A DNA stretch of 64,000 bases from Parvularculales bacterium (GTDB lineage Bacteria > Pseudomonadota > Alphaproteobacteria > JAPOUT01 > JBAJNM01), in the NCBI GenBank assembly GCA_036881865.1, contig JBAJNM010000001.1, positions 22,847-86,846 of the forward strand. The letters run 5' to 3'. Under the pieces are notes generated by a model. The model worked only from the letters and a program-made list of their open reading frames with translations. It searched no databases and was not told the DNA's origin. Below, one piece after another: positions 15,035 through 25,744 of this stretch (positions within the stretch are counted from its first letter, which is position 1; every line of letters begins with the position of its first letter). Both the position numbers and the translations under genes were made by a program.

Positions 15035-15673
15035 TCAGGCCTGTGACTGCATCATACTCTGTTTTTTCAAACTTTTCCGCATCATTTCATCGGTCGCAGT
15101 AAGGCGTGCCCGAACCAACGTCTCAAAGGGCATACGCACTATTCCTTGTGTATCTGGTGTATCAAGAAGCACAATATCTCCCTCAATACCCCTTAATATG
15201 CCACGCCAATTGCGACGGTTACCTTCCGTGGAAGAGTCGGTGACTCCCTCAAGGGAGACCTCGTAGCCCACCCAGCGCTCAAAATCTTGCATACGAGAAA
15301 GGGGACGCTCAAGCCCAGGCGAAGAGACCTCTAAAACATAAGACCCTGAAACCGCATCTTCTACATCCAACAGCGCTGACAGGGCCCGGCTCAACTGTTC
15401 GCAGTCCTCAACGACCATGGTTCCGTCAAGCCGCTCGGCCATAATCTGAAGGGTCTGTCCATCCGAACCAGAAAACCGCACCCGCACCAGAACAAAGCCC
15501 ATATCCTCTGCCAGAGGAGCTAAAAGGGTAGCAATCCTCACAGCGGAGCCATTTGCCACAAGATGGGTTATCTCCTGACTTGGGTGCGGAGCTTTGTCTT
15601 TGCTCTCAAATCCAGAATGGTCATTGGCCACTTTTTTATAGTTCATAGTTCCCGTTTTTGCAGACTGACTCAT
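15035..15673 (-). CDS. rimP: ribosome maturation factor RimP
   Basis: DMGFVLVRVRF...LEVSSPGLERPL motif. The start is possibly internal (MNYKK, about 15646). Confidence 0.85.
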   Translation of the reverse strand: MSQSAKTGTMNYKKVANDHSGFESKDKAPHPSQEITHLVANGSAVRIATLLAPLAEDMGFVLVRVRFSGSDGQTLQIMAERLDGTMVVEDCEQLSRALSALLDVEDAVSGSYVLEVSSPGLERPLSRMQDFERWVGYEVSLEGVTDSSTEGNRRNWRGILRGIEGDIVLLDTPDTQGIVRMPFETLVRARLTATDEMMRKSLKKQSMMQSQA

Positions 15674-15685
15674 TATAGTTAAAGA

Positions 15686-15735
15686 TAATAAAAAAGCGGG
15701 ATACTGCCTTCGGCGTTACCCGAGGACAGCCCGCT
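15686..15735 (-). terminator. GC-rich hairpin plus U-tract (intrinsic-terminator-like) in the 5' leader of rimP-nusA-infB
   Basis: On the minus strand, AGCGGGCUGUCCUCGGG-uaacg-CCGAAGGCAGUAUCCCGCU is followed by UUUUUUAUUAUC and ends about 12 nt before the rimP ATG. Confidence 0.45.
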
Positions 15736-15897
15736 TAAAAAGCCGGATTGTCATGTTCTCTCATTACCCTATAGATACTTAAGAACACCCCTTTTTTATA
15801 GCACCTTACCCATCACACTTCAACCATAGCTATGGTAAAATATAGCCTTAGAGTTACAGAACCGAGATTTTGCAATATTGCTATATAATCTATCCCC

Positions 15898-16683
15898 ATG
15901 GTTGCGCACCCCTCATCACAAGAACTTACGGAGCAATTGTGCGCACTAGCCGTAGAGGCTGGTGCCGCCATCATGGACTGCTACGAAAGCCGCCACGAAG
16001 CCGTGGAAAAAGAGGATCATTCTCCGGTCACCCTAGCAGACAAGCAAAGCGACCGGACAATCACCACCGGCCTTGCCGCTATAACATCAAACATTCCAAT
16101 TGTATCAGAAGAGTCAATGCCAACTCTTGAATCCAACCCCCGATATTTCTTTCTCGTAGACCCCCTAGATGGCACCAAAGAATTCATCAACGGCACACAA
16201 GAGTTCACCGTCAACATAGCCCTGATTGATAACCATGAGCCTGTTTTGGGAGTCATCTATGCTCCCGCCATGAATTGCCTGTTTTTTGCCACAGAAACTC
16301 AAGCCTTTACTCAAGAGATTACCCCCGATGGTAAAACCGCCCACGCCCCCCGTACCATAACTGTGCGGCGGCCACCCCCTGAGGGTCTTGTCGCGCTGGT
16401 TAGCCGTTCTCACCGCACCCCAGAGACAGACGATTATTTGCAGACCCACAAAGTGAGCCGTTTCAAATCCATTGGCTCCTCCCTTAAGTTTTGCCTCATC
16501 GCCCGAGGAGATGCCGATATCTACCCTCGCCACAGCCCTACCATGGCGTGGGATACTGCCGCCGGTCACGCCATCCTCAAATCTGCGGGTGGTAGCGTTA
16601 CCACCCTCAACGGACAGCCGCTACTCTATGGAAAAGAACGCAGCTTCCTCAAAAATCCCGCCTTTATCGCCTGCGGCTCCTGA
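15898..16683 (+). CDS. cysQ: 3'(2'),5'-bisphosphate nucleotidase (inositol monophosphatase family)
   Basis: DPLDGTKEF and WDTAAGHAIL motifs. Confidence 0.8.
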   Translation: MVAHPSSQELTEQLCALAVEAGAAIMDCYESRHEAVEKEDHSPVTLADKQSDRTITTGLAAITSNIPIVSEESMPTLESNPRYFFLVDPLDGTKEFINGTQEFTVNIALIDNHEPVLGVIYAPAMNCLFFATETQAFTQEITPDGKTAHAPRTITVRRPPPEGLVALVSRSHRTPETDDYLQTHKVSRFKSIGSSLKFCLIARGDADIYPRHSPTMAWDTAAGHAILKSAGGSVTTLNGQPLLYGKERSFLKNPAFIACGS

Positions 16684-16765
16684 AGGCCACATACGTCAAT
16701 ATTCCCTTTAATATGGCTTTTTTGGAGTTCCACCCATGACATAAGTCTAAAAATCAGATACGTTT

Positions 16766-16793
16766 CTTGAAAAGGAAACTTTTCCCCCCATAT
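16766..16793 (+). promoter_or_regulatory. sigma-32 (RpoH) heat-shock promoter upstream of dnaK
   Basis: CTTGAAA, then 13 nt, then CCCCATAT. Located about 85 nt upstream of the dnaK ATG. Confidence 0.7.
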
Positions 16794-16877
16794 ACAATGG
16801 CGGTCACTGGCTATCATCTGATGCCAATGGCTTTCATTCATACCAACCACAAACACAACATCAGAGGATACAGATAG

Positions 16878-18830
16878 ATGAGCAAGGTTATTGGCATTGA
16901 CCTTGGAACCACAAATTCCTGCGTAGCCGTTATGGACGGGGCGCAAGCCAAAGTCATTGAAAACGCAGAAGGGTTTCGCACAACACCCTCCATGGTCGCC
17001 TTTAGTGAAGACAACGAACGTCTTACCGGTCAACCAGCAAAACGCCAGGCAGTCACGAATCCTGAAAATACGTTTTTTGCTATCAAACGCTTAATCGGTC
17101 GCTCCTATGAGGACCCCACTGTAGCCAAAGATAGAGATATGGTGCCCTACCACATCGTCAAGGCGGATAATGGTGACGCGTGGATTGAGGGGCGCGGCGA
17201 AAAATATTCTCCTTCGCAGATTTCTGCTTTCATCCTCCAGAAGATGAAAGAAACTGCCGAAACTTATCTCGGTGAAAAAGTTGAAAAAGCGGTCATCACC
17301 GTACCTGCCTACTTTAACGATGCCCAACGTCAGGCTACCAAAGATGCGGGCAAGATTGCCGGTCTTGAGGTTTTGCGCATTATCAATGAGCCCACGGCGG
17401 CCTCGCTTGCCTACGGCCTTGATAAAAAAGAAGGGAAAACCATTGCCGTTTATGATTTAGGCGGGGGTACCTTTGACGTATCAATTTTGGAGATTGGTGA
17501 TGGGATCTTTGAGGTTAAGGCCACTAATGGCGATACCTTTTTGGGTGGAGAAGATTTTGACCTCCGGCTGGTTGATTATTTCGCTGACGAGTTCAAACAG
17601 GAAAACGGTATTGATTTAAGAGGCGACAAACTAGCTCTGCAACGCCTCAAGGAGGCCGCCGAAAAAGCCAAGGTAGAGCTTTCATCAGCCCAACAAACAG
17701 AAGTGAACCTGCCTTTTATTACGGCAGATCAGTCAGGGCCGAAGCATTTAACCATGAAGTTGACGCGTGCCAAGCTGGAATCTCTCGTAGATGCTCTTGT
17801 AGAGCGCACCCGTACGCCGTGTCAGGCGGCTTTGAAGGATGCTGGTCTAACAGCCGGAGAAATTGATGAAGTGGTGTTGGTGGGTGGACAAACCCGCATG
17901 CCGCGAATTCAGACATTCGTTAAAGAATTATTCGGCTCAGAACCCAACACAAGCGTTAATCCTGATGAGGTGGTCGCCATGGGCGCGGCCATTCAAGCGG
18001 GTGTATTGCAGGGCGACGTCAAAGATGTGTTGTTGCTTGATGTAACCCCCTTGTCTCTCGGCATCGAAACTTTGGGTGGGGTGTTCACCCGGTTAATTGA
18101 TCGCAATACGACTATTCCCACGAAGAAATCGCAGACTTTTTCAACGGCGGAAGATAATCAATCAGCCGTAACCATTCGAGTCTTTCAAGGCGAACGCGAA
18201 ATGGCAAGCGACAATAAGTTGCTAGCCTCTTTTGATTTGGTAGGCATCCCGGCAGCGCCACGCGGCGTACCTCAAATTGAAGTCTCTTTTGATATTGATG
18301 CAAACGGCATCGTCAATGTGTCGGCCAAAGACACGGCTACCGGAAAAGAGCAACAGATTCGCATTGAAGCCTCCGGCGGCTTGAGTGATGACGATATTGA
18401 CTCCATGGTCAAGGATGCAGAGACCCACGCCGAGGAAGATAAAAAGAGACGGGAAACAGTCGAGATAAGAAATCAGGCGGAGAGTTTAATCCACACCACA
18501 GAAAAAACCTTGACCGAGGCGGGCGATAAAGTAGGCGAGGACCAACGCCAGACCGTAGAGGCAGCCATAACCGCGCTCAAATCTGCTCTTGAGGATGAAA
18601 GCGCCAGCGGGGATAACATTAAAGAAAAATCAGCCGCCCTAGCGCAAGCTTCTATGGCGGTGGGTGAAGCGCTTTACAAAGCGCAACAGGAGAGCCAGAG
18701 TGAAGAGGATGGCGCCGGTGGTGATACGGCGGACGATAGCACCGGAAGTAATAATGGCGATGATGTCGTAGAGGCCGACTTTGAACCTCTTGATGACGAA
18801 CAAGATGAAAAGAAAAACAGAGCCTCTTAA
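16878..18830 (+). CDS. dnaK: chaperone DnaK (Hsp70)
   Basis: 650 aa. [15 protein letters not shown]-terminus and Hsp70 signatures. Confidence 0.97.
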   Translation: MSKVIGIDLGTTNSCVAVMDGAQAKVIENAEGFRTTPSMVAFSEDNERLTGQPAKRQAVTNPENTFFAIKRLIGRSYEDPTVAKDRDMVPYHIVKADNGDAWIEGRGEKYSPSQISAFILQKMKETAETYLGEKVEKAVITVPAYFNDAQRQATKDAGKIAGLEVLRIINEPTAASLAYGLDKKEGKTIAVYDLGGGTFDVSILEIGDGIFEVKATNGDTFLGGEDFDLRLVDYFADEFKQENGIDLRGDKLALQRLKEAAEKAKVELSSAQQTEVNLPFITADQSGPKHLTMKLTRAKLESLVDALVERTRTPCQAALKDAGLTAGEIDEVVLVGGQTRMPRIQTFVKELFGSEPNTSVNPDEVVAMGAAIQAGVLQGDVKDVLLLDVTPLSLGIETLGGVFTRLIDRNTTIPTKKSQTFSTAEDNQSAVTIRVFQGEREMASDNKLLASFDLVGIPAAPRGVPQIEVSFDIDANGIVNVSAKDTATGKEQQIRIEASGGLSDDDIDSMVKDAETHAEEDKKRRETVEIRNQAESLIHTTEKTLTEAGDKVGEDQRQTVEAAITALKSALEDESASGDNIKEKSAALAQASMAVGEALYKAQQESQSEEDGAGGDTADDSTGSNNGDDVVEADFEPLDDEQDEKKNRAS

Positions 18831-18927
18831 TTCAGCGCAACCGCGGACGGTGGGATGCGGTAGGGAGCTGGAAGCCGGTTAGAACAAGCGGCGCGCTCAT
18901 GCAGGCAGGACAAACAATACAAGCGCT

Positions 18928-20094
18928 ATGGCCAAACGTGATTTTTATGAGGTGCTCAATGTTGATCGCACCGCCTCTCAGAATGACTTAAAAAAGGCGT
19001 ATCGTACGCTGGCCAAAAAATATCACCCCGACCGTAACGCCAATAATCCGGAAGCCGAGAAGCACTTTAAAGAAATCAATGAAGCCTATGATATCTTAAA
19101 AGATGATCAAGCACGGGCAGCCTACGACCAGTTTGGTCATGCAGCCTTTGAAGGAGGTGGAAGGCCCGGCCAAAGCGGTTTTCAGAGCGGTGGTTTTGGC
19201 GCAGGGACTTCTAATTTTCCCGATTTTTCCTCTGTATTTGAAGATTTGTTTGGTGGTATCGGCGGTGGACACCAAAGTCCGCGAGGTCGTCGCGGGGGAC
19301 AACACCGCCGTGGCAACGATTTGCAGTTTGACATGACCATTTCTCTGGAGGATGCCGCCCGAGGCAAAGAAGCCCATATCAAAGTCCCCACCGCTGTTGC
19401 GTGTGATGCTTGCGGGGGCAAGGGTGCGGCCCCCGGCACAGAGCCGGTATCGTGTCCTACGTGTGGCGGGGCGGGAGTTACTCATGCCAGCCAAGGTTTT
19501 TTCACCATAGAGCGCACTTGTCCGCATTGTCAGGGCGGGGGACAAATTATTAAAAGCCCGTGCATCCAATGTCATGGACGCGGGCGGGTTAGCCGAACAC
19601 GAGAACTCTCAGTTAAAATCCCTGCCGGTGTTAGAGATGGCAACCGCATTCGCATGGCCGGAGAAGGAGAGGCGGGGCCTCAAGGGGGAACAGCAGGGGA
19701 TTTATACATTTTTCTGTCTGTCCGTCCTCATGATTTATTTCAACGGGATGGCGATAATTTGTTTTGCGATATGCCCATCACCATGACCACCGCTGCATTG
19801 GGGGGTGACATTGAAGTACCCACTTTGATTAACGGCAAAGTCCGGTTGCGTATACCGGCGGGCAGCCAGACAGGTCGGCGTTTCCGTCTTAAGGGACAGG
19901 GCATGCCAATTATGCGCTCAAGTGCTCACGGGGATCTTTATGTGCGTGTAACTGTGGAAACGCCGGTTAATCTTAGCGATAGCCAACGGGCTCTTCTGCA
20001 AGAATTTGCTGAAAGCGCGGGTGAAAAAACCCATCCTGAAAGTCATGGCTTTTTGCATCGAGTGAAGGAGTTTTTTGACGGGATTGGAGAATAA
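18928..20094 (+). CDS. dnaJ: chaperone DnaJ
   Basis: J-domain (HPD), G/F region, four CxxCxGxG zinc repeats and a C-terminal domain. Confidence 0.95.
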   Translation: MAKRDFYEVLNVDRTASQNDLKKAYRTLAKKYHPDRNANNPEAEKHFKEINEAYDILKDDQARAAYDQFGHAAFEGGGRPGQSGFQSGGFGAGTSNFPDFSSVFEDLFGGIGGGHQSPRGRRGGQHRRGNDLQFDMTISLEDAARGKEAHIKVPTAVACDACGGKGAAPGTEPVSCPTCGGAGVTHASQGFFTIERTCPHCQGGGQIIKSPCIQCHGRGRVSRTRELSVKIPAGVRDGNRIRMAGEGEAGPQGGTAGDLYIFLSVRPHDLFQRDGDNLFCDMPITMTTAALGGDIEVPTLINGKVRLRIPAGSQTGRRFRLKGQGMPIMRSSAHGDLYVRVTVETPVNLSDSQRALLQEFAESAGEKTHPESHGFLHRVKEFFDGIGE

Positions 20095-20131
20095 TGCAAC
20101 TCGTCTGACATTACGAAAACAGCGCCCTCCG

Positions 20132-21412
20132 TTAACCACCACCCTTAGCCTGATTGCATTTCGGACAGGCGACCTGTCCGTTAGAGACAATCGTCTTCCC
20201 ACCCTTGGTGTGCGGGACGATATGGTCAGCGTGCCACTCATGCCAACCAAGCTTCTCCCCACCACAATGCATTTTTATCTGGCAAACACCTTTACCCCGT
20301 CTAAAGATCGCCAGCCGTTGCTCATGTGAGAATGCCCGGGTCTCATCCTTGAACTCAATGTCAGGGAAATCAGAGAAGAATCGACGCTCGACATAATCCA
20401 ATCTCCCCTGAATAGATTCTCTCGAATCGGTCGAAGAGCTGGTTAACCCTTTATATTCGATGAGGCTCGGGTCCCGTTCTTCCTCGTCAAGATTATCGTT
20501 GTCCCTTCGCTTCTTTTCGAAGTCAATAAACCACTGGGACAGTTTGACCTCGGTTTCTTCATGGACATAGCGACCTATGAGAGTTGAGCCGAGGCAGTAG
20601 AGAGTGATCGCGTTGTAGCGTTCCAGTTCGGGCGTTTTTTCTGGAAAGGCCCGATGGAGGTAGTCAAGCACATGGATGACCTTCTTTGCATCCTTGCAGT
20701 TGTCATCAAACCGGGTGTTTTCCTGATACATTCGGTTCAAGTCGCCATCGCGAATACTGGTAGGTCCACCGGCTATCTCCAAGCAGATCATCTGAGCCGC
20801 CACAAGGTCAAATGTAAATCTAGAATTGGTGAACTTGCAGTTTTCGAAAAACGGATGCTCTGCTATCCTCTTCACGAAATCCCGCATCTGCCCTGACATC
20901 GCGTTCCGTTTCTCCTGAGCCTTCAGCGTGGTCCCGTTCTGCAAACGTAGGAACATCTCCCGCACTTCGTCTTCTTCATCCGTCTTAACGGCGTCCTCAA
21001 CGACAACCACATCAAGCACATATATGTCAAAGTTCCTGCGAAGATCAAAATCCAGATCATTATAATGTTTTCCAGCTATCTCATAACTTTTTCCAGCTTT
21101 ATTCACGTCAACGACTGGGTCAGCGTCCTTGGCCAATGGAAATTCGCCATCACAGAACTCCCAGAGAGTTCGAAGCCGTTGTTGTCCGTCAACTACGGCG
21201 AACTCGTGTTGTGAATCATCGTCCAGCCGTTGCCAGTACATTTTGGGAATGTCATACCCACGCAGAATAGTATCAATCAGAAGCTGTTTCTGCTTTTGTG
21301 TCCAAACGGGTGGTCTCTGGTAATCCGGGGTCGGATCAACTATATTTTTGAGACCGCAAAGCGTAGGGATGGGATATCTTTCTTTACTTGTCCGCATGAA
21401 GTAACTCCTCAA
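20132..21412 (-). CDS. DUF262 (ParB/Srx-like, DGQQR) N-terminal domain fused to a C-terminal Cys4 HNH endonuclease; GmrSD-like type IV restriction candidate
   Basis: N-terminus has DYQRPPVW...FAVVDGQQRLRTL, the DUF262 signature. C-terminus has C-x6-C...HADHIVPHTKGG...N...CPKCN, an HNH zinc finger. Own SD (GAGGAG). Convergent with dnaJ and not part of the core synteny. Confidence 0.8.
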   Translation of the reverse strand: MRSYFMRTSKERYPIPTLCGLKNIVDPTPDYQRPPVWTQKQKQLLIDTILRGYDIPKMYWQRLDDDSQHEFAVVDGQQRLRTLWEFCDGEFPLAKDADPVVDVNKAGKSYEIAGKHYNDLDFDLRRNFDIYVLDVVVVEDAVKTDEEDEVREMFLRLQNGTTLKAQEKRNAMSGQMRDFVKRIAEHPFFENCKFTNSRFTFDLVAAQMICLEIAGGPTSIRDGDLNRMYQENTRFDDNCKDAKKVIHVLDYLHRAFPEKTPELERYNAITLYCLGSTLIGRYVHEETEVKLSQWFIDFEKKRRDNDNLDEEERDPSLIEYKGLTSSSTDSRESIQGRLDYVERRFFSDFPDIEFKDETRAFSHEQRLAIFRRGKGVCQIKMHCGGEKLGWHEWHADHIVPHTKGGKTIVSNGQVACPKCNQAKGGG

Positions 21413-21694
21413 AACAATGAATTACAATCTTCCGTGAGCCTCAACATAACATCTAAAAAAAAGCCTTTTTCAAAAGCATTTGGCCTATTGCTATGACCAC
21501 CATAGCCCTCTACCGCCCAACTGTGGAAAACCATGATGTTATTTGGGTCTTTTTCTAATCCTTACCATTTACCAACCAGGGTACATCAATAATATTATTA
21601 AAAATCAACCCCTTATGAATGTCTGTTTGCCCAGCGCAACCACCCTACCTCTTAAAGGATTGGGGATAAATCTGTGGGTTTGTATTTTATGTTC

Positions 21695-21720
21695 TCAAAA
21701 ATATACGCCTTTTTAAAGGC
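21695..21720 (-). terminator. possible weak intrinsic terminator after hslU
   Basis: Minus strand reads GCCUUUAAAAAGGC followed by GUAUAUUUUU. The stem is short. Confidence 0.3.
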
Positions 21721-21738
21721 TTAAAGGATCTGCGTACC

Positions 21739-23067
21739 CTAAAGCACAAAACGGGAGAGGTCCGTGTTGTCTTTCAAATCACCTATATTGTGAGCTACAA
21801 AATCTGCATCCACCACAATGTTATCCCCGGTCCGCTCTGTAGCCGTAAAACTAATCTCATCCAAAACCCGCTCCAATACCGTATGCAACCGCCGGGCGCC
21901 TATATTTTCTACTTGCGTGTTAACCGCTACCGCAATATCCGCCAAAGCATCAATACCGTCCTCACTAAAAGTCAACGTTACCCCCTCCGTTTTCATCAGC
22001 GCTTCATACTGACGGATCAAACTCGCCTCAGGATCTGTGAGAATAAGACGGAAATCATCCCGACTTAACGGATTTAATGTCACCCGAATAGGCAACCGCC
22101 CCTGCATCTCCGGCAATAGGTCAGAAGGTTTAGCTACATGAAATGCACCCGATGCAATAAAAAGAATATGATTGGTACGCACTATCCCATGTTTGGTTGC
22201 TACCGTCGCACCTTCCAACAAAGGCAACAAATCACGTTGCACTCCCTCGCGACTCACATCACCACCAGCATGATCACTACGGGCACATATTTTGTCTACC
22301 TCATCCAGAAAAACAATACCATTATTTTCGACCGCCTTTAAAGCTTCTTGAGTCATCTGGTCTTCGTCAAGTAGATTATCCGCTTCCTCCGCCGTTAAAA
22401 TCTCATGCGATTCACTCACGCTTACACGCCGCTTGCGGGTACGTTGCCCCATGGCCTTGCCAAACAAATCTCCAACGTCAAACATACCCATCTGCGCACC
22501 CGGCATACCCGGAATATCAAGTGCCGCTAAAGGATTACGGTTGTCGGCTATCTCTATTTCAATTTCCTGATTGTCCAACTCACCGGCACGCAACTGACGG
22601 CGCACATTATCACACTCCTCACGGGAAGCATTTTTGCCCGCCAACGCCTTTAAAACCCGCTCTTCAGCACGAACATGAGCCTGTGCTCTTACTTCCCGAT
22701 GGCGCCGCTCCCGCACCATGGCGATGCCTTCCGCCACCAAATCACGAATAATCTGCTCAACATCCCGCCCCACATAACCTACCTCCGTAAAGCGGGTGGC
22801 CTCAACTTTAACAAACGGCGCTTGCGCCAACCGGGCCAACCGCCGCGATATTTCCGTCTTTCCAACACCCGTAGGCCCAATCATCAAAATGTTCTTAGGT
22901 AATACCTCCTCACGCAAATTATCATCCAAATGCTGGCGACGCCAACGATTACGCAAAGCAATAGCAACCGCGCGTTTTGCATCGGCTTGTCCAACAATAT
23001 GTCGATTGAGTTCGGATACAATCTCACGAGGACTAAAAGCAACCGAATCCGTAACTGTACGCATCAT
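21739..23067 (-). CDS. hslU: ATP-dependent protease ATPase subunit HslU
   Basis: 442 aa AAA+ protein with Walker [16 protein letters not shown]. Confidence 0.95.
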   Translation of the reverse strand: MMRTVTDSVAFSPREIVSELNRHIVGQADAKRAVAIALRNRWRRQHLDDNLREEVLPKNILMIGPTGVGKTEISRRLARLAQAPFVKVEATRFTEVGYVGRDVEQIIRDLVAEGIAMVRERRHREVRAQAHVRAEERVLKALAGKNASREECDNVRRQLRAGELDNQEIEIEIADNRNPLAALDIPGMPGAQMGMFDVGDLFGKAMGQRTRKRRVSVSESHEILTAEEADNLLDEDQMTQEALKAVENNGIVFLDEVDKICARSDHAGGDVSREGVQRDLLPLLEGATVATKHGIVRTNHILFIASGAFHVAKPSDLLPEMQGRLPIRVTLNPLSRDDFRLILTDPEASLIRQYEALMKTEGVTLTFSEDGIDALADIAVAVNTQVENIGARRLHTVLERVLDEISFTATERTGDNIVVDADFVAHNIGDLKDNTDLSRFVL

Positions 23068-23086
23068 ACCCCTGCCTAACTATAAA

Positions 23087-23650
23087 TCAGTGAGCCCCTT
23101 CAATGCTCTCCATTGTCAACGTCTTGTTGGTGAAAACACAAATCTCAGAGGCAATATCCATAGAACGCCGCGCAATAGTTTCAGCATCCATAGACGAATC
23201 CATCAACGCCCGAGCCGCCGCCAACGCATACGCCCCCCCGGACCCTATACCCACAACACCGCCTTCCGGCTCCAGCACATCACCGGCACCCGTCAACACA
23301 AAGCTCGCCTGCTCATCGGCTACAATCATCATAGCCTCCAAACGCCGTAAGAAACGATCCGTCCGCCAATCCTTCGCCAACTCCACACACGCTCTCATCA
23401 ACTGTCCCGGGTATTGCTCCAACTTGGCCTCAAGGCGCTCAAAAAGAGTAAGAGCATCAGCCGTAGCCCCTGCAAACCCCGCTACAACATTTTGATCCGC
23501 CGCTCCCAAACGCCGAACCTTACGAGCATTGTTCTTCATAATAATGTTGCCGGTGCTTACCTGACCATCACCCACCATCACCAGCCTACTATCCTTGCGA
23601 ACACATAAAATCGTTGTACCATGCCACGGCGACGCACCAGAGGTTGACAT
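23087..23650 (-). CDS. hslV: ATP-dependent protease subunit HslV
   Basis: [20 protein letters not shown]...GDGQVS with the Thr active site. The track ORF extends to 23734, but homologues begin about 10 aa before GTTIL, so the start is placed at the internal Met (23650). Confidence 0.88.
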   Translation of the reverse strand: MSTSGASPWHGTTILCVRKDSRLVMVGDGQVSTGNIIMKNNARKVRRLGAADQNVVAGFAGATADALTLFERLEAKLEQYPGQLMRACVELAKDWRTDRFLRRLEAMMIVADEQASFVLTGAGDVLEPEGGVVGIGSGGAYALAAARALMDSSMDAETIARRSMDIASEICVFTNKTLTMESIEGAH

Positions 23651-23875
23651 TTCAGAAAAAATCATAGCGCCAAAACCACATCCAAATGAAAAAAGAACTA
23701 TGCCCTTCATGTGGCTTTTCTTATCTCCGGTCAAGGGTCTTAGGCGTTTTTCATGGGAGATGGGCGGTTTTATAAGGAATCAGGCTGGCACAACCGCCCA
23801 AGACCTGATAGAACGCCTGAATATGTAAAGCAAATGGTGTAACATTAATCTGCCCTCAGGGAGCACCCACGGCCC

Positions 23876-24493
23876 ATGACTCAAAAAACGCCCGCTCGAA
23901 CCGCCCAGCTGGACCGGAAAACAAAAGAAACGCAGATATCCGTCAACCTTAATCTGGATGGCACAGGTCAATATGATATCAGTACCGGCATTGGATTTCT
24001 AGACCACATGTTAGAGCAGTTAGCGCGGCATTCTCTTGTTGATCTTGATGTAAAAGCCACCGGCGATTTGCACATAGACCAGCATCACACCACAGAGGAC
24101 ACCGGCATTGTGATTGGCAGCGCGCTAGCTAGTGCCCTTGGCGAATATCGGGGCATTTGCCGCTTTGCTCATGCTCTTATTCCTATGGATGAAGCATGCA
24201 CTCGGGTGGCGTTAGACATTTCTGGACGCTCGAGTCTTGTCTGGCGGGTTGACATGCCTCACGCAAAAGTAGGTGAAATGGACACTGAATTGTTTCGGGA
24301 ATGGTTTCAGGCGTTTGCTCAATCAGCCGGCGTGACACTCCATGTTGAAAATCTGTACGGAATCAACACTCACCATATTATTGAGTCATGCTATAAAGGT
24401 CTGGCTCGGGCGCTCAAAGATGCAGTAACTATAGATCCACGCCAGCAAAGCGCCTTACCCTCCACAAAGGGTGTTCTTGGTAGTGTGAGATAA
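23876..24493 (+). CDS. hisB: imidazoleglycerol-phosphate dehydratase
   Basis: [16 protein letters not shown]...GFLDHML...HHTTEDTGI motifs. Confidence 0.93.
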   Translation: MTQKTPARTAQLDRKTKETQISVNLNLDGTGQYDISTGIGFLDHMLEQLARHSLVDLDVKATGDLHIDQHHTTEDTGIVIGSALASALGEYRGICRFAHALIPMDEACTRVALDISGRSSLVWRVDMPHAKVGEMDTELFREWFQAFAQSAGVTLHVENLYGINTHHIIESCYKGLARALKDAVTIDPRQQSALPSTKGVLGSVR

Positions 24494-24526
24494 GTGGAAT
24501 AAAAGCCCATTTAGGAGAACGCCCAA

Positions 24527-25021
24527 ATGCGTAGTTATACAACTTACAAAAATTCTCTTATGGGATACGACGATGCAGGAACGTTTCTGATTAAAGAAGG
24601 TTTCAGTTGGTTTGGTATTTTTATTCCACTGTTTTTTCTTCTCTATCATAAAATGTGTCGGGTGGCAGGCGGTTTGCTGGTGACACGTTTTGGTGTTGAC
24701 CTTATCGGGGCTAGCTTGTTTAGCAAGTATGTAGCTGGTGTAGCACCTATGCTCGCCGATGCTATTAATGTGTTAATGGGTTATGAGGGAAATAATCTAC
24801 GCCGTTGGACTCTTAACCGATTGGGATATCGTATTGTAGCTGTAGTTGTGACCTCCGATTTGTTTCAGGCCGAGAGGCGATATTTTGCCAACAGCAACCC
24901 CTTGATAGGGCTTCCCCCCACGCAAACATACTCTCCTGAAAGCGTACGATACACCGTCCCTTTCCATAGTTATTATGAATCAGCCTTTGGTGTCTTTCCG
25001 CCATACGGCAGCGTTGTGTGA
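24527..25021 (+). CDS. DUF2628-like small membrane protein between hisB and hisH
   Basis: Two predicted TM helices. Conserved position inside rhizobial his clusters. Confidence 0.55.
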   Translation: MRSYTTYKNSLMGYDDAGTFLIKEGFSWFGIFIPLFFLLYHKMCRVAGGLLVTRFGVDLIGASLFSKYVAGVAPMLADAINVLMGYEGNNLRRWTLNRLGYRIVAVVVTSDLFQAERRYFANSNPLIGLPPTQTYSPESVRYTVPFHSYYESAFGVFPPYGSVV

Positions 25022-25737
25022 GTTCCGTCTCTGTAAACCATGTCTCCATGAACGATATTTCTGTCGCCATTATTGATTATGGCTCCGGCAATCTTCATTC
25101 TGCGGCCAAAGCGTTCGAGCGTGTAGCCCACGAACAGGGTGTAGGTGGTGCCGTTCAAGTAATAGCAAAACCGGAAGATGTCTTGAGAGCAACACGAATT
25201 GTGTTGCCCGGGGTGGGAGCTTTTGGAGATTGCCAAACAGGCCTTTCACAATATGAGGGCATGATTGAAGCTCTTACCGAATCTGTTGTAAAGGCTGGAC
25301 GACCTTTTCTTGGTATTTGTGTAGGTATGCAGCTCATGGCCACCCACAGCCACGAGCATGGTCGTCGTCATGATGGGTTCGGTTGGTTGCCGGGCGATGT
25401 TATAGCCCTTGACCCCCAAGACTCTCAGGTGTCACCAAAACCAAAAAAAGAAAGTATCGCCTTGCCCGTTAAGGTCCCACACATGGGCTGGAATAATTTA
25501 CGTATTCTTAATGGGCATCCGGTCTTAGAGGGTTTGGACAATACTAATTTCTATTTTGCGCATAGTTATCACTTAAAGCCCGCATCTTCTAAGCATCTTC
25601 TGGCAGAGGTTGACCATGGCAGGCGGGTGACAGCCGTTGCAGGGCGCGATAATATCATCGGCTTGCAATGCCATCCGGAAAAAAGCCAACATGCAGGCCT
25701 ACGGCTTATTCATAACTTCCTGCGCTGGACGCCCTAA
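25018..25737 (+). CDS. hisH: imidazole glycerol phosphate synthase, glutamine amidotransferase subunit HisH
   Basis: [19 protein letters not shown], catalytic Cys (GICVGMQ) and HPE. The true start is possibly at 25048. Confidence 0.9.
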   Translation: MSSVSVNHVSMNDISVAIIDYGSGNLHSAAKAFERVAHEQGVGGAVQVIAKPEDVLRATRIVLPGVGAFGDCQTGLSQYEGMIEALTESVVKAGRPFLGICVGMQLMATHSHEHGRRHDGFGWLPGDVIALDPQDSQVSPKPKKESIALPVKVPHMGWNNLRILNGHPVLEGLDNTNFYFAHSYHLKPASSKHLLAEVDHGRRVTAVAGRDNIIGLQCHPEKSQHAGLRLIHNFLRWTP

Positions 25738-25744
25738 GAGTCTC

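Noticed and set aside
21413-21738. 41-codon ORF, on the minus strand, in the AT-rich spacer upstream of the DUF262-HNH gene
   Set aside because: No SD and no homology. It is more likely promoter or UTR sequence for the defence gene.
22197-23350. His/Pro-rich 184-aa ORFs antisense to hslU and hslV
   Set aside because: Shadow ORFs of strongly conserved genes.
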